Shown in pieces: positions 37,319 through 49,736 of a stretch of 64,000 nucleotides of DNA. The notes under the pieces were generated by a model. The model was not told the DNA's origin. It made no database searches and saw nothing but the letters and a program-made list of their open reading frames with translations. The DNA is from Lingula anatina (Eukaryota > Animalia > Brachiopoda): the NCBI GenBank assembly GCA_051362555.1, contig CM120641.1, positions 44,150,401 through 44,214,400 on the forward strand. The letters run 5' to 3'. How positions within the stretch are numbered: the stretch's first letter is position 1; each line of letters begins with the position of its first letter. Position numbers and translations under genes: made by a program.

Positions 37319-39287
37319 ATGCAAATTGTACTATACCACTTACTGGTAAGGGTTTCTAATGTCCACTGACCACAGAAGCAAATTATAGTTACTATAGCTT
37401 TAGCTGTAAACACCTGTCTGGGGTAGCGCTAACACTCGCCAATTTAGCCAAGTGCTAAAACTGACTTATATTGGCTAAACAAAAAGGGCTCGATTTGACT
37501 TGTTTTAGTCAAATTATGACCATTTGGATTTATAACAAATTGACAAAAATGTGGTGATTTGGCTAAGCGAAAAAAATTGCTAGCGCTACCCCAGCATGTA
37601 TCTAGCACGGTGTCTAACTATAGCAGCTATATAGTAGTTTACTAGTACTGTAATTGCTCTATTAGACACTTTGCTATAAATTTGGCTTCTGGGGTCAGCA
37701 CCCTTTTGAGACCATATTGCATTTTTGGTAATTAATTCTTGATATATGCTAGTACTTTGCAGTGAGTTTCCAATGTGGTGGATGACTCATAATTTATAAA
37801 CATATTACAGCAGTTTGTAAAGTCACATGTATGTCACCAGTAGAAATTACCTGGCAATATATTTCATTTTATATCACCCTTATACCTAGCAAATGACCTT
37901 TCCCTGTGTTTACCATGTCTGGAGTTGTATTTTTTCCATTTTATTGCACTGTTTTGCACATTATAGTATGACCCTATAAAAGAGGCAAATAAAACAATAA
38001 AAAGATATAAAACAAATTGATACAATGTTTATTAATATTCTCCTAACATTGGCTTAATGGGGAACAAAAGGAAGATGCCAAAAAACAAACAAACAAAAAA
38101 TTGTTCATAGTTAACTCTTACAGAATATTGCTGAATGACCTTGCTGGTTATGTTATGTACATGCAACGAGTCAGCAAGGTTTATGAGATATACAACAGTG
38201 TATAGACAGTAAATCACATGTAGATATCACATAAAGCTTGTCGACAAAAGGTGTAGAGTTAAACCAGGGCAAAGATGGTGGATCTGGCATTCGTGCATGA
38301 TGTATGTGCAACAATCACAATGTTTGGGTCTTTTTCACAGCATCCACCATTGGCATAAGTCAGGGTAGTAAACATGATCGAAATTCAAGACAAACATATT
38401 GACAGACAATACAGAAAATTAGTACGATATTCTGGATATAATTATATCTAAGGTGTATGCAGTTCAGATGTACTGTTAATGATAAAAAATATGCTGTGAA
38501 AACATATGTTAACCATGCATTAGTATCTGTAATGCATACGTCTTTCTTTCATCAAATCTTTGAAAATTATGGTTTTCATTATTTGAACAGGTGCCTGGTC
38601 AGATATCAGTGCCTTATTACAGTTTTGTTTCTCTAATTAGCTGTCCTGGTTGTTTTCTTAAATGGCACTTGAACAAAATAGAAACAGAAAATGAAGTTAT
38701 CAGATTGGACCGTGCTGTTTCTACACACTGCTTAATATTTTTGTTGCTGCTAGAACTTGCCCACAGATGTTATGTGTAAGATGTTAAAGTTTAGTATGGG
38801 TATGATGAAAAACTTGCAATATGCTACAAAAAGGTTTCTTTTGAAGAACAAGTGCATATAGTTGTAATAGCTTATATTTTTAAGATCTTTTTGCTAATTG
38901 TCATTTATCGGCTTTCCGTAAGTCAGAAATGCAAACATAAGATATGTAGTCTTATCTGGACATTAATCTTTTCTTTAAAAATACAACATGTATTCAGTAT
39001 ATTAACATGGAAAAATTGGAAGTAGTTTTATATTGAAATAGATTCAATGAACTGAATGAACTATGTAATATTTAAAATAATAGAGGACTATCTTTCATTT
39101 CAGGCACTGGAAAATGCTGGAGAACTACATCCCCCAGCGTATGGGACCGAGCACACTGTCAGACGTGTGCATGTTTTTCTTCAAACTCGCCTGGCAATCC
39201 AGAATACGCCTCCCAGTCATCCTCACTGTGGTTTTTATGATCCTCGACACTCGTCTGCAGCTCGAGATCAACATCAACATCAACTAA
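37319..39287 (+). CDS. Putative spliced upstream ORF, 131 aa (37319-37345, 38591-38775, 39104-39287); its last 57 codons from ATG 39114 could also be a stand-alone microprotein
   Basis: Canonical junctions CTG|gtaagg, gaacag|GTG, GT|gtaaga and tttcag|G keep one frame open: MQIVLYHLLVPGQISVPYYSFVSLISCPGCFLKWHLNKIETENEVIRLDRAVSTHCLIFLLLLELAHRCYVHWKMLENYIPQRMGPSTLSDVCMFFFKLAWQSRIRLPVILTVVFMILDTRLQLEINININ*. By hand count, 42 of the last 57 codons end in G/C against an AT-rich background. Confidence 0.65.
37366..37698. mobile_element. Nested MITEs: outer element 37366-37698, inner element 37418-37594
   Basis: Outer TIR ctgaccacagaagcaaattatag / ctataaatttggcttctggggtcag. Inner perfect 14-bp TIR ctggggtagcgcta / tagcgctaccccag. 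Confidence 0.7.
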
Positions 39288-39448
39288 ACTTGCTTAAACA
39301 TCAGTGCAATATTTCATATAACTGGACTACAACAGATTCATCTGTGGCCAAAGTAGAATTTTGTAAAAGTTTGGTCTAAAGCTTAAAGACCAGCTTTTGG
39401 TATAAAGTTCTTGTTTGAAACAAGTCCCTATTGCTTCCACGGTTATCC

Positions 39449-39619
39449 ATGCCAACTCCCAAATTATTGGCATCTCTATTGCTCATGTATTCTTACAAAT
39501 GTATTCTATCAAAGTCCTTGATATTTTTCTTTCGGTTGGCTTGGAATGTGAGATTTGAATTTCCCTGCTCTGTCATTTTTGCTACATTTACTATGATTAT
39601 TGGGAGTTATTTGAATTGA
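39449..39619 (+). CDS. Second upstream small ORF (56 aa, or 44 aa from ATG 39485), paralogous to the C-terminal module of the preceding uORF
   Basis: MPTPKLLASLLLMYSYKCILSKSLIFFFRLAWNVRFEFPCSVIFATFTMIIGSYLN* aligns with LSDVCMFFFKLAWQSRIRLP--VILTVVFMILDTRL. Confidence 0.6.
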   Translation: MPTPKLLASLLLMYSYKCILSKSLIFFFRLAWNVRFEFPCSVIFATFTMIIGSYLN

Positions 39620-39782
39620 CCAGGAAAACTCCACAGACAAGCAAAATGTAGCTGTTAAAAGTAACTAGATATTCAATACATTCCGTCCATATTATTATAT
39701 AATTATATAGCAGATAGCATATATTAGCAGTGAATTACCTAAAGCTTTGTAAATATAAGCATAGATTGTATGATTAATCAAC

Positions 39783-42700
39783 ATGAGTCGAGGTATTAAA
39801 GATTTACGGGAACTGATTTGTGTCTCTCGCCTAACGGTGAGACACAGCGACGATGAAATGGATTTCAGTGACGAAGATGGCAGACTGTCCACGGCATTTG
39901 ATGCTTTGTCACTGGGCAGCGGCAGTGTGAGCAGTAGCAGAGAGAGCTCCGCCACATCTGAGAGACGCGCAAGCTCTGGAACAGTCAGTCCTGACTCTGG
40001 CTTCAACACAAATGGTTTATCCCCAGAAATGGGCACAAAAGGGAACGGAGAGAATGCCCCGGGACATTACAGCAGTAGTCACACCAGTGGAGGTGCAAGA
40101 CCTAAATCTAGGAAGAAGAAGAAAAAGAAGACAAAGGCCCTGGATACTTTACCCAGCAGACACGAACTTCCTAAGGCACAGCCTCTTCCACCTGTCAGTG
40201 CTAAAAGAGAAACAAACACAGAACCAGGCTCAGTTGGTAATGTTAGTGATGAGGATATGGAAATAGATGAAGAGTCTACAGAAATAAATGGGGCTAGGAA
40301 TAAAGACCCCCAGCCAGTTAACTTTGATGGGATGCTGGTGTTCATGGATGCAACCGTGGTGGCCGATTGGCTGCATCGCTCAAATGAGGCCGTCACAGAA
40401 CTAACAAATTGGGTCCACAAGGGAGAAAACTTTGTCCAGTTTGCTCACTTCTGGCTGACAGATTTTGATCCTCTTCAGCGACAGAGAATTATGGACATGG
40501 AGTATGGGGTGTTGCTGGATGAACTGACTGTGGCGTTTGCTGCCGGGAAGAAGAACAGGAAGCTCCGTCACTCTGACATAGTGCAGCTCCTTGAGGGAAT
40601 TTTCAGAGAGTATCCCAAGAAGCTAATGAGTTCCAAAGGACCTCACATGTTTCTCGACCATTTAGATGTGCTGACTTCGGAGAGACGGGGCGACTATAAA
40701 GTGCTTCTTGCTGATGTGAAATGTTCAACCAAAAATAAGCAGTTTGCTCAGTGGTTGCTGGCTACAAGGGCATTCTGCTTGGTGAATGTCTGGTCTGCCA
40801 TTGTGTTGTTCTACAGGACCCTGCAGGGCAGGAATGTTAGCCTTCCATTGCCTCCAAACCTTGTCAAACCAAAGGGAGATGTGCATGAAAGGCGCATGTA
40901 CCAGGCAATAAGGTAATGTCTTCCATACTCCAAGGCTGCCAATATTACAGCACTGTAGACCGCTTGTGCAACATGTTACAGTATTATCAATAAAATAACC
41001 CCTGAAACCAAACAAATAGATGTTGAAAAAAATATAGAATAATATGCATAGGAATTTAAACATTTAAGGACTCATTTCCATCAAAACTTTCAGTGTAGAA
41101 TGCCAGCTCCACAGGGACTCTTGCTGAATGCAGTCAGTTTAGCAGATTCTCTTGTTTCCACATACTTGTATAATCACCAGTTTTTCTGTGTTCTATTCAC
41201 TGCCAGGAGGCATGTTAATCTGTTAACTTGATTGCATTCAGTGGTCCCTGCAGATTTGGAATGATCTACATATAAACTGATAGGCTTTTATAATGGCTTA
41301 TGGTCATATTATTATATTGAAATTTAGAACTGAGGCACTGTGCAGTAGTTGAACCTCTGTAATATGCTAACAATAATGCATTTTGCTTGAATTCCATTTT
41401 AATTTTCCCTCACTGAAATGACTTTTTTATTTTTGTCACAGGCATGGCTTCCTAGATGTGGTTCACTACCACATCAGGTCTAAGAAGGTGAACCCCCACT
41501 ACAGGGATGAGCATGACCGCACCTGGCTTTTTATTTCTGTGATATGTAACAAACCCAAGATTCTACAATACTTTATAACTAAGGTAAGGATCATGTTCCT
41601 AGCAGCATAATATGGCTTTAACTATTGTCCTTATCATGTAACAAACTATTAGTTATACATTTAAGCTGGGTTCATGCTAAAATTTTTGAGTCAAAAACAG
41701 TCTAATCTTGCTATATAATCTACTATTTTTCATCAAATTATCCCTTTATTATTATTCCATATGTTGGTCCAAGTAGAATAATTCATATCTCTGATGTGCT
41801 GCTATTCCTCATGGAAGCAATACTTCATTAACTCTGCACAGAAACACCGTCAGCTTGCAGAAATGCTACCAATTTTCACAGTGTGTTTGGCTATTTTTAA
41901 TGATATATCTAGAGTATGTAACAATTTAAAAAGTAAAATTGTATTAGTCCTTTGTGCCAAAGAGATACACTTTGACAAGTTTGGCTGTCAAGATCTAGGA
42001 GCAGTTTTGATTTCTAATACCCAACATGTGATTTGTCCTGCAATCCCATGATTACACATGGCTGTGTTAGAGGCTGAGGACAGACTCTGAACACAGCTAA
42101 CACATTATCACCCAGAAAAAAACTGATGGAATAACGTTGTCCTCAGTTTGTACAAATACTAAATAACAATACCCATACCCATATATCTAGCAATAAGATA
42201 CACCAATGTGTACCGCCAAAGTATACCAATATTTGTCAGTAATATATAACCATATCAATTCATACCAATAAAAAATCATCTGTAGCCAATTCCTTATGAA
42301 ATGTTACATAAGAATTGTTTTGCATGAAATTGCAATAGTAAAAAAAGTGTAATAAATGAAAACTTGTTTGGGTCACTTCAGGTCAAGCTTGACCCCAACC
42401 TCCCATGTGATACTGGCAACACCCCTCTGCATGCTGCAGCCAACTGTGGCAATGTGGACCTAGTGGACCTGCTGCTGAGAGTGCCCACTGTGGAGGTCAA
42501 CCCCATCAATGTCCAGTGTGATCAGTCCACCCCACTGCATCTGGCTGTGATGCACGGTAAGAAGGAGATTGAGATGAGGGGTGTGGGTAGGGGTGGGGGG
42601 GTCAGGAACCCAAGCTCAAGTTGATGTAGTTTAGTTTAATTGAATGCTTATCATGTTTTATTTTGGCTGAGGAAAAAAAAATTTATTCTGGTTTTGCTAA

Positions 42701-45700
42701 AATTATCAAGCTTTTTTTCTAAATAATTGCCTAGAGTGAGTGTTGAGTACAATATTGAGGGGGGGGGGAGGCTTAAAAAAAAAAAACAGGAAAGCAGACT
42801 TGAAAATTATTTGTGGAACACAATCTAGGTGGTAAACTCTTAGAAGGATAAGATTTTAGGCCCAAAAGCTGACTTTAGACAATTTCTTTATAACTGTTCC
42901 ACAGGTCTTTAACCTGGGTGTCTGTGGTCATCAATCCAAAGTATTGATTTTTTTTATATAGATTTAGGGCTAAAGCCAAACTTCCATTATCTTAGTCACC
43001 TTATTGGTGATTTAAATGAATAAGAGAAAAATGTGAAGAAAACTTTTGTTTTAATTAGATACAGACCAGAAATGACATGAAATGCTGTGGGTGTGGCATT
43101 AGATCAGTACAAGATTACAATAAAATTTACATCTATTTAAGTCACTAAAGTTTACAATAGATTCTTTAAAGGTGGATTTTAAGTATTGTTTATCAATTTG
43201 ATACCTTATCTTTACAAGTTAACATGACCAGGTCCCTGTATTTAAATAAAAGTATCTGCTAATGGTTAAGGAGATGCACTTGAATTAGGATTTATCTTCC
43301 TTTATTAAGAGCACCCTTAGTTTTATGATTTACTGTAAATGAGAATTGCATTCTGAGAGTGGAAGTTTGTTTCCAGGAATCTCTGAAACATGGTGTGTGT
43401 AGATTACACCCCAGAAATTTTGTACTTAACACTTTGAGCAATGTTTGCCTTCCCCATATTCTTGTTAATGAATAATTAGAACTATAACTAACACAGGCTG
43501 TTCCTGTCTGATAGAATCATCTGCCATCAGCTGGCTGAATTGATATATAAGTTATTTCTCAAGGGTATTGTTTTTCAGTTCTTCTGTGGTTATTAGATGG
43601 TCTAAACAATATCCTGCCTTCATAAACAAATGGTTATGTAAAAGTTGAAAATATCAGGCAGTAGGAAGCAGAGGGGAGGAAATTAAATTCTTCTTAGACT
43701 GTAAACATAATATCAGATGATACATCCTTATGCCAAGTTCTGTGTGTTCATATTTGATTCTTGTGGATCTGTCCGAAATTCTTACTGCACCACCAGCTTG
43801 CATAGCTGAGGCCCCCATGAGATAAAATGGAATGAGTGTTAATTTGTACAGAATTTTTTAACTACTCTTTAATGAGCACTGCTGTTAAAGTTTTATTTTT
43901 AAATAACAGATTTAAGGAAGCCAACAACAGTTTGGGGTGCAGAGGATGTTCACTGCATCACTTGATGAGGACAGGAAGGAAGGGAAAGTGTCAGTTATAG
44001 AATGGAGAGATCATTTTGTAATGATCGATAGCAGAGCATTCCCTTTGTCACTGGCAAGGCAGGATTGGGAGCTTGTTCTTTAAGCTTAATTTAGTGGCCT
44101 CAGTATTTTTAACTGAGCTTCACAAGACGTGATTTTATGTTGCATCCTCTCTGTGAGTCTTACACTTCCTTTGCTTGCACAGTAACAATGAATGATACAG
44201 CAATTATCAAAGCTGAGTATCTTTGTCCAAGGAAGCAAGTGATCAGATTACGTAAATGATTAAACGATGATTCTTAAATACACTGAAGGAGAATGAGATA
44301 TCATTGTCTGATTTTACTGCTATTCTTGGAAAGTGTCATGTAGTTTGGCAAGTAATAAAAGTATTTGCTTTAACTGTTAAAGCATTGATGTTCTCATACG
44401 GTTACTCATCTGATGTCAAAATGATCCCAGTTATTTATGGAAGTGAATAAAGGTCACATGGACACCAAAGTGACCAACGTGTGGCCTACGTGGGACCTAT
44501 GGTCTCTCCATATAAATTGATATTAAAAATAAAAAAAGCATTGAATGAAATACCAGTCAATAGCACTCGAGGTCTCATGTGTCACAGTTGTGCAAATTTT
44601 AATTTAATTTTGTTTATAAAGGCCATTTGATTTGTCATATAAGACACTGAAATTTTCCTATGTCATCTTTTTATTTTTGAACATATGCTCTACTTACCAA
44701 ATGTGCTAAAAAGCCTTGGTAGTAGTTTTTTCAATACACAATATACAAATTTCATCAATAAGCAGAGCAGAAAAATAAAACAGTAACTAAAATAAATAAA
44801 ACATTTTTTTTTTTTATTGAATATATTAATTGCAGAGATATGTTCATCAGTCTGCTACTGCTGTCTACATTTTGATTGCAGTTAGATTCCTTCCTATTGA
44901 AATGAATGGAATATAAAGTTTATTTATTTATTTATTTATTTATATATTTATTTATATATTTGTTTATTTGTGGAACAGACCTATTTTCAAGCATCTTATT
45001 TATTTCATCATTGGTTAATATAAACAAAAACAGGAAACTGATCAGCATTTCCCTCTGATCAAATTGTGAGTTGGGCAAGTGCTTGCTTCACAGGTTTTAA
45101 CAGTATAGGAACCAGTTCTGGCTTTTTTTTCTTCAATCAAAACATCCTAGGTAAAAAGATGGAATAAAAATGATAACTTGACAAGTGATACACACATTAC
45201 TGTTCATGTTTTACATCTTCCATACTTTTGTCCTTCACTGACGATTGAGAACAGCTGTGGTTATTTTTATGGACCAGCAGGTTGTTTACGGAATTTAATG
45301 TTTTCAAAGGAAAATTTCTCCAATTTGACTAAACTTGAGAAATATATTTACTATAGTTATGAACAGTGTGGGCGGAAGGAGCAACTTCTTTCCGAAAGAA
45401 AGGAAATGGTGTGAAATTCTATCCCTATGGCAGATTAATTTGACAAATTTTTTGCAAGCCAAATGCTAGAAACGTGTATATGCATTATAATGAAAATAGA
45501 AGCATTATTTTTCCATAGTTGTCTTTAATAAGGTGTAAGTACACTGAAGTTGGCAAAAAGGGGAAAAAAGATACAGAAATTCACCAAACCAACTTTGTTT
45601 ACTGTATCTGAAGAGTGCTATTTGTAGTCTTATTTCTGTGATTAGTTGACACAGAAACAAGCAAAAAAAAAGTTGTCCTATCTACTATAATTGAACAGCA

Positions 45701-46308
45701 CTTCTCATAGGTCTATTTGATACTCCAGTCCACATAGAGATTGAATTAACAGGTCACTACAGGACATAACATGACCAGTCCAGCCACTGACCCTGACAGC
45801 AGGGGTTTCTTTTAAAACCAGTCTTAAACAGCACGTGGGGTCATTTAGGTTTATTCCAGTTTTTAATAGAAAAGGACCATGTAGTAATGTATTTTAATCA
45901 AATGTTTCACTTCCTATCACAGGATAAGTTGAGGCTTATTTATATTTTTTCAAAAATAACCATTTTATATTTCCTTGTATTTCCATCAGTATAATACTAG
46001 AAGATTTTACAATGTATACCCACCAAGTATAAAAGTACATACGTGCCAAGAACAACATTATCAATAAGAGATTATACTAGTAAGCTTACTTAAGCCGAGA
46101 ATCAGGACTTGGATATAGCTTAGTTATAAAATCTAATTGGTGGCTGACTGAGGGTAATATTGTCTGGTAAGCCCTCATTAGAGAACTAGTCCAAGGAGGA
46201 GTGAGATTCCCACCTTTTTGATTGAAGATTTATTCAATGGCATTTTCTTCTTAGATATCTGGTATTTGTTTTTACTTCAGCATGAACTTTTTTAGATTTT
46301 TTAACTAC

Positions 46309-46364
<56 letters not shown>

Positions 46365-46663
46365 GGACATTTAACATGGTTAATTTTAATTGGCACATTG
46401 GGTCTTGTAACCCCCCTTAACATTATTACATATTACCCTGCAATGTTAGGCAGTATTTTTGATCAAACACACACTATTGCACTATAATGCAGTATAAGTG
46501 GAGTAATATAATCTGTGTCTGTGTTTCAGGGCACTTCAGGGTGGTGGAGAGACTGCTGGAGGCCGGGGCAGACAGGAAAGCCAGTATGGGAGGACTGACC
46601 CCACTGGACATTGCCACAGATTTTGGACACGATGCCATAGTGAGATTACTGAAATCGACATAA
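39783..46663 (+). CDS. Uncharacterised ankyrin-repeat protein, 526 aa; exons 39783-40912, 41442-41583, 42382-42556, 46530-46663
   Basis: In-frame GT-AG junctions. The N-terminus is disordered and Ser-rich with a poly-Lys NLS-like run. A helical middle domain contains FVQFAHFWLTDF. The C-terminal ankyrin repeats include GNTPLHAAANCGNVDLVDLLL, STPLHLAVMHGHFRVVERLLEAGAD and GLTPLDIATDFGHDAIVRLL. Confidence 0.9.
46311..46364. repeat. (TTA)n microsatellite
   Basis: Read directly from the sequence. Confidence 0.95.
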
Positions 46664-47137
46664 CACATGGCACCATGAGACGTAATCATTAAAATCAATC
46701 ACATTCACAGTGGCCTAAATTGATCAGAATGACAGTGCTGCCAGCCAGACTATGAGCATAAGGGCATAGTGAATAAGGACAGTGGAATAAATGAACAAAT
46801 TTGCTCAAAAAGATGACACACTTTGAAGGTATTGTGTTAAACGATAGGGACAAAACGATGCGAGACGGTTCTAATTACATCAAAACTAGTACAGCAAAAT
46901 AAGGTGAAACTGCTTAGATTAAATCTGTGTCTTGACTTCTTGTGCCTCTCACCACGTTGTCGCACAGGGCATCAGAAAGATGCAAGTGGCTTTTTATAGT
47001 TGTTATCTCACGATGTGCTGACATGCAGAAAGCTATGAGCAAAGTACAGTTTTTTAATGTGAAATGCAAGGTAAACCCGATCAGAGGTGGAGTCATTCAA
47101 ATTGGAGTACATTTTCACTCGTACTTTTAAATAATTT

Positions 47138-47271
47138 TACCCCGAGTTTCTCATTTGCTGCCTGTTGGCTTCTTCGTTTTCAAATCTCGATGTAGTACAT
47201 GCCCACTTTAATGATCTGGAGATTTGAAAATGAGGATGCTACAGAGCACGCGAGATCTGAACCCCAGGGTA
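47138..47271. mobile_element. Small hairpin-forming MITE-like remnant
   Basis: Inner inverted repeat cttcgttttcaaatctc (47172-47188) / gagatttgaaaatgagg (47219-47235), with taccc...gggta ends. Confidence 0.5.
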
Positions 47272-49522
47272 GTTACTGCATGCACTCGGGAACTCCGTGA
47301 TGGCAGAGAAAGGAGTAAAGTTCACTAAGGATGGGTGAGACGTTTTCACTGAAGTTTGAGCATAAACGTCTGCCTTAAATGAGGTGTAGCGTCTGAGGCG
47401 GTGCGGAGGAAGGCCGCCGTAACCCTACAGGTTGACTAGTCAGACGACACTGGTTTTCCGTAATGATGATACCGCCCGGGAATTCTTGGAAGTCCTTAAA
47501 TAGAATGTGCTTTAGTACGTGGAACAACAGTTAGGCCATGATGTGTTAATTTTTTCTCTTTTTTTTAACAGTCTCACACACTCTCTCACACACACACGCA
47601 CATATGCAACATAGGAAAAGTTTTCCAGGATTTTCGAATACTTTGATCTCAACATTAAAATCCAAAATACCGTTTTGTTCTTTCTTGAAAACTGTCGTTA
47701 TTGGGATTTGAGTAATTTGTGGATTAGCTCTAAAATTAAATGCTATAAATTGTGGCTATTTTAACGACATGAGCGTTGTACGTACAGTGTGTGCAGTTTT
47801 ATGACATTGATAGCTTTTTTTCCAAACTTGTGTTGTTTTTGCTCCAATGCAGTAAGAACTCAATTTGGGAGTTGGCCAACACAAGGAGCACCCAAACAGT
47901 TATTATTTTGTCTACATGTACCGTTTGTGTAGAGGATTGTTTATCTTTTGCTGATTTATGCTGTATATTATATTTCAGAATAAACGGATGATTTTAAAAC
48001 CACATTTAAGCATAGTCTGTGTTGAGACTGTTTTGTTTAAATTAAGGACCCTTCGTACTCGTTGGATTGCTACTGGATACAATTGTTTCTGCTCTTTGTG
48101 TACGACTGCTCTTTTGGTCTTTGAGGAGAGGTGCAAGCTGTCTCCCCCTTCACTGTTTTCCCGCCAGTGCTTTCGTCAATGAAAATTTTTGTACTACGGT
48201 TCCTTGGCCAAGAGCCAAAGAATGCAAGGCCAAAATGTCAAGTGCGGAGCGAAAAGAGAGTACCGTGTTTGCTTTTACGTTTAAGAGCACGGGACCCTAC
48301 AGGAAGCTTACAGGAAGGTCTGTTGGACCATGCTTTTAACTGGACGCACCCTTTGATATTTTGTTAAATGTCACGTTTTTAACTGGATACAAGGTTAATG
48401 GTGATACGGAAACATTTTAAAGAGGGTTTTTGATGATTTTAAACGGCAAGGCTCTTGAAAAACTAATTTGAGAGATATAAGATGCGTAATGGTATAATCG
48501 TTACCTTGCAGATGTAGACATTGAAAAGAGCCTGTATATATCGTTTATGTTAGACTTCTGTACCATTGGTCTCGCTTATAGCTTAAAAGTAGGGGGCATT
48601 GATATCATATTCTGTTCATATCTTGTCGGCCACAAGTGGCAATCGCCTGGAAAATGCTTGAAAGAAGTGAACTCAGAAGTCATAAAATCGATCTGTTTTC
48701 AGTTCGGGCACCTTTCCCTAAACACCAGAATACTGAAAGGCTTAAGTACTGTGAATTATCCGATGAACGGATGCAGAAACGATTTATTACGGCGTGTTAA
48801 AGAGCTCTTCAGTGTATTAGATGTGAAGGCCCTCCTCTGTCACTCCCTCCCCTCCTCAATCTCACTCGCTCTCATAATTCAACTCACAATTAGTTATTCA
48901 TTGCTGACGTGATATGCCACGACTTCACAAAATAAAAAAATTGAAAAAAGAACCCATGTCGATAAGCTGGTCATGTCGATAGGCTGGCCTCTCTGAGGAC
49001 GAGCAGGTCTGCTTCAAATCCGCGATAAATGAGATACCATTTGCTATAATTAATGAACTAGTTTACAGCATCAGTCACCCCCCCCCCCCTCCTCGATTCT
49101 TAAATTAAACGGGGCTACAGTTACTGATTTATCATGGATCATATCATGAAGTGTTAGTTTTAAAGTTTAGACTAACTTTCCGTTCTATGTTTTTTTGTTA
49201 AATTCATTTCTGTAACCAAAGGTGTGAAATTTCGAAATGCAAGGAGCAATGCCTGTAGACCTGTAGACCCCGCCCGGTGGCTCTTGGGTACATAGCTATG
49301 ATCTTTTACATGCTTACACGCAAAACGAAAATAACGCGAGTATTTCATTTTTGTTATTTGTTTATTTGCGAATCTTGTAAATTGTGGTGAATGAATTTTC
49401 TGATCATTAATCGAGAGTTTCCAATCGGTATGAGCATTTTTCTGATTTTTGTAATACTTGGTAAAACTGAATTTAAAAAAAATCGCGGAAATGCAAATGT
49501 GCTGCCTGGAAGTGGTGTTATA

Positions 49523-49736
49523 GACCCCATTCCCAGAGATTAGATCGATCCAAACTAGATCGACCTAACTTCCTGGGGGTTCACGCTAAATAGCTGTCAG
49601 CCGAGCGGGCACGAAAGTTAATTACCCCCTTACTGCTTGTAGTAGGCGGGACGGACATTTAAGCCGGATTATCTGACAGTAATCTAGTGAGACTCCCCAC
49701 GGGGATAGATCGATCTAAAAGTATGGGAATACGCCC
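49523..49736. mobile_element. Harbinger/Tourist-like MITE, copy 2 (family of 15730-15944)
   Basis: Shares the blocks gctgtcagccgagcg, tagtaggcgggac and ctgacagtaatctagtgagactccccac.gggatagatcgatctaaaa with copy 1. Ends gaccccattccc / gggaatacgccc; flanks ATA and TTA. Confidence 0.88.

Noticed and set aside
47776-48912. Cluster of 70-120-aa ORFs after the ankyrin gene
   Set aside because: There is no coherent splice structure, codon bias or motif. The region is likely 3' UTR, intergenic or old TE sequence.
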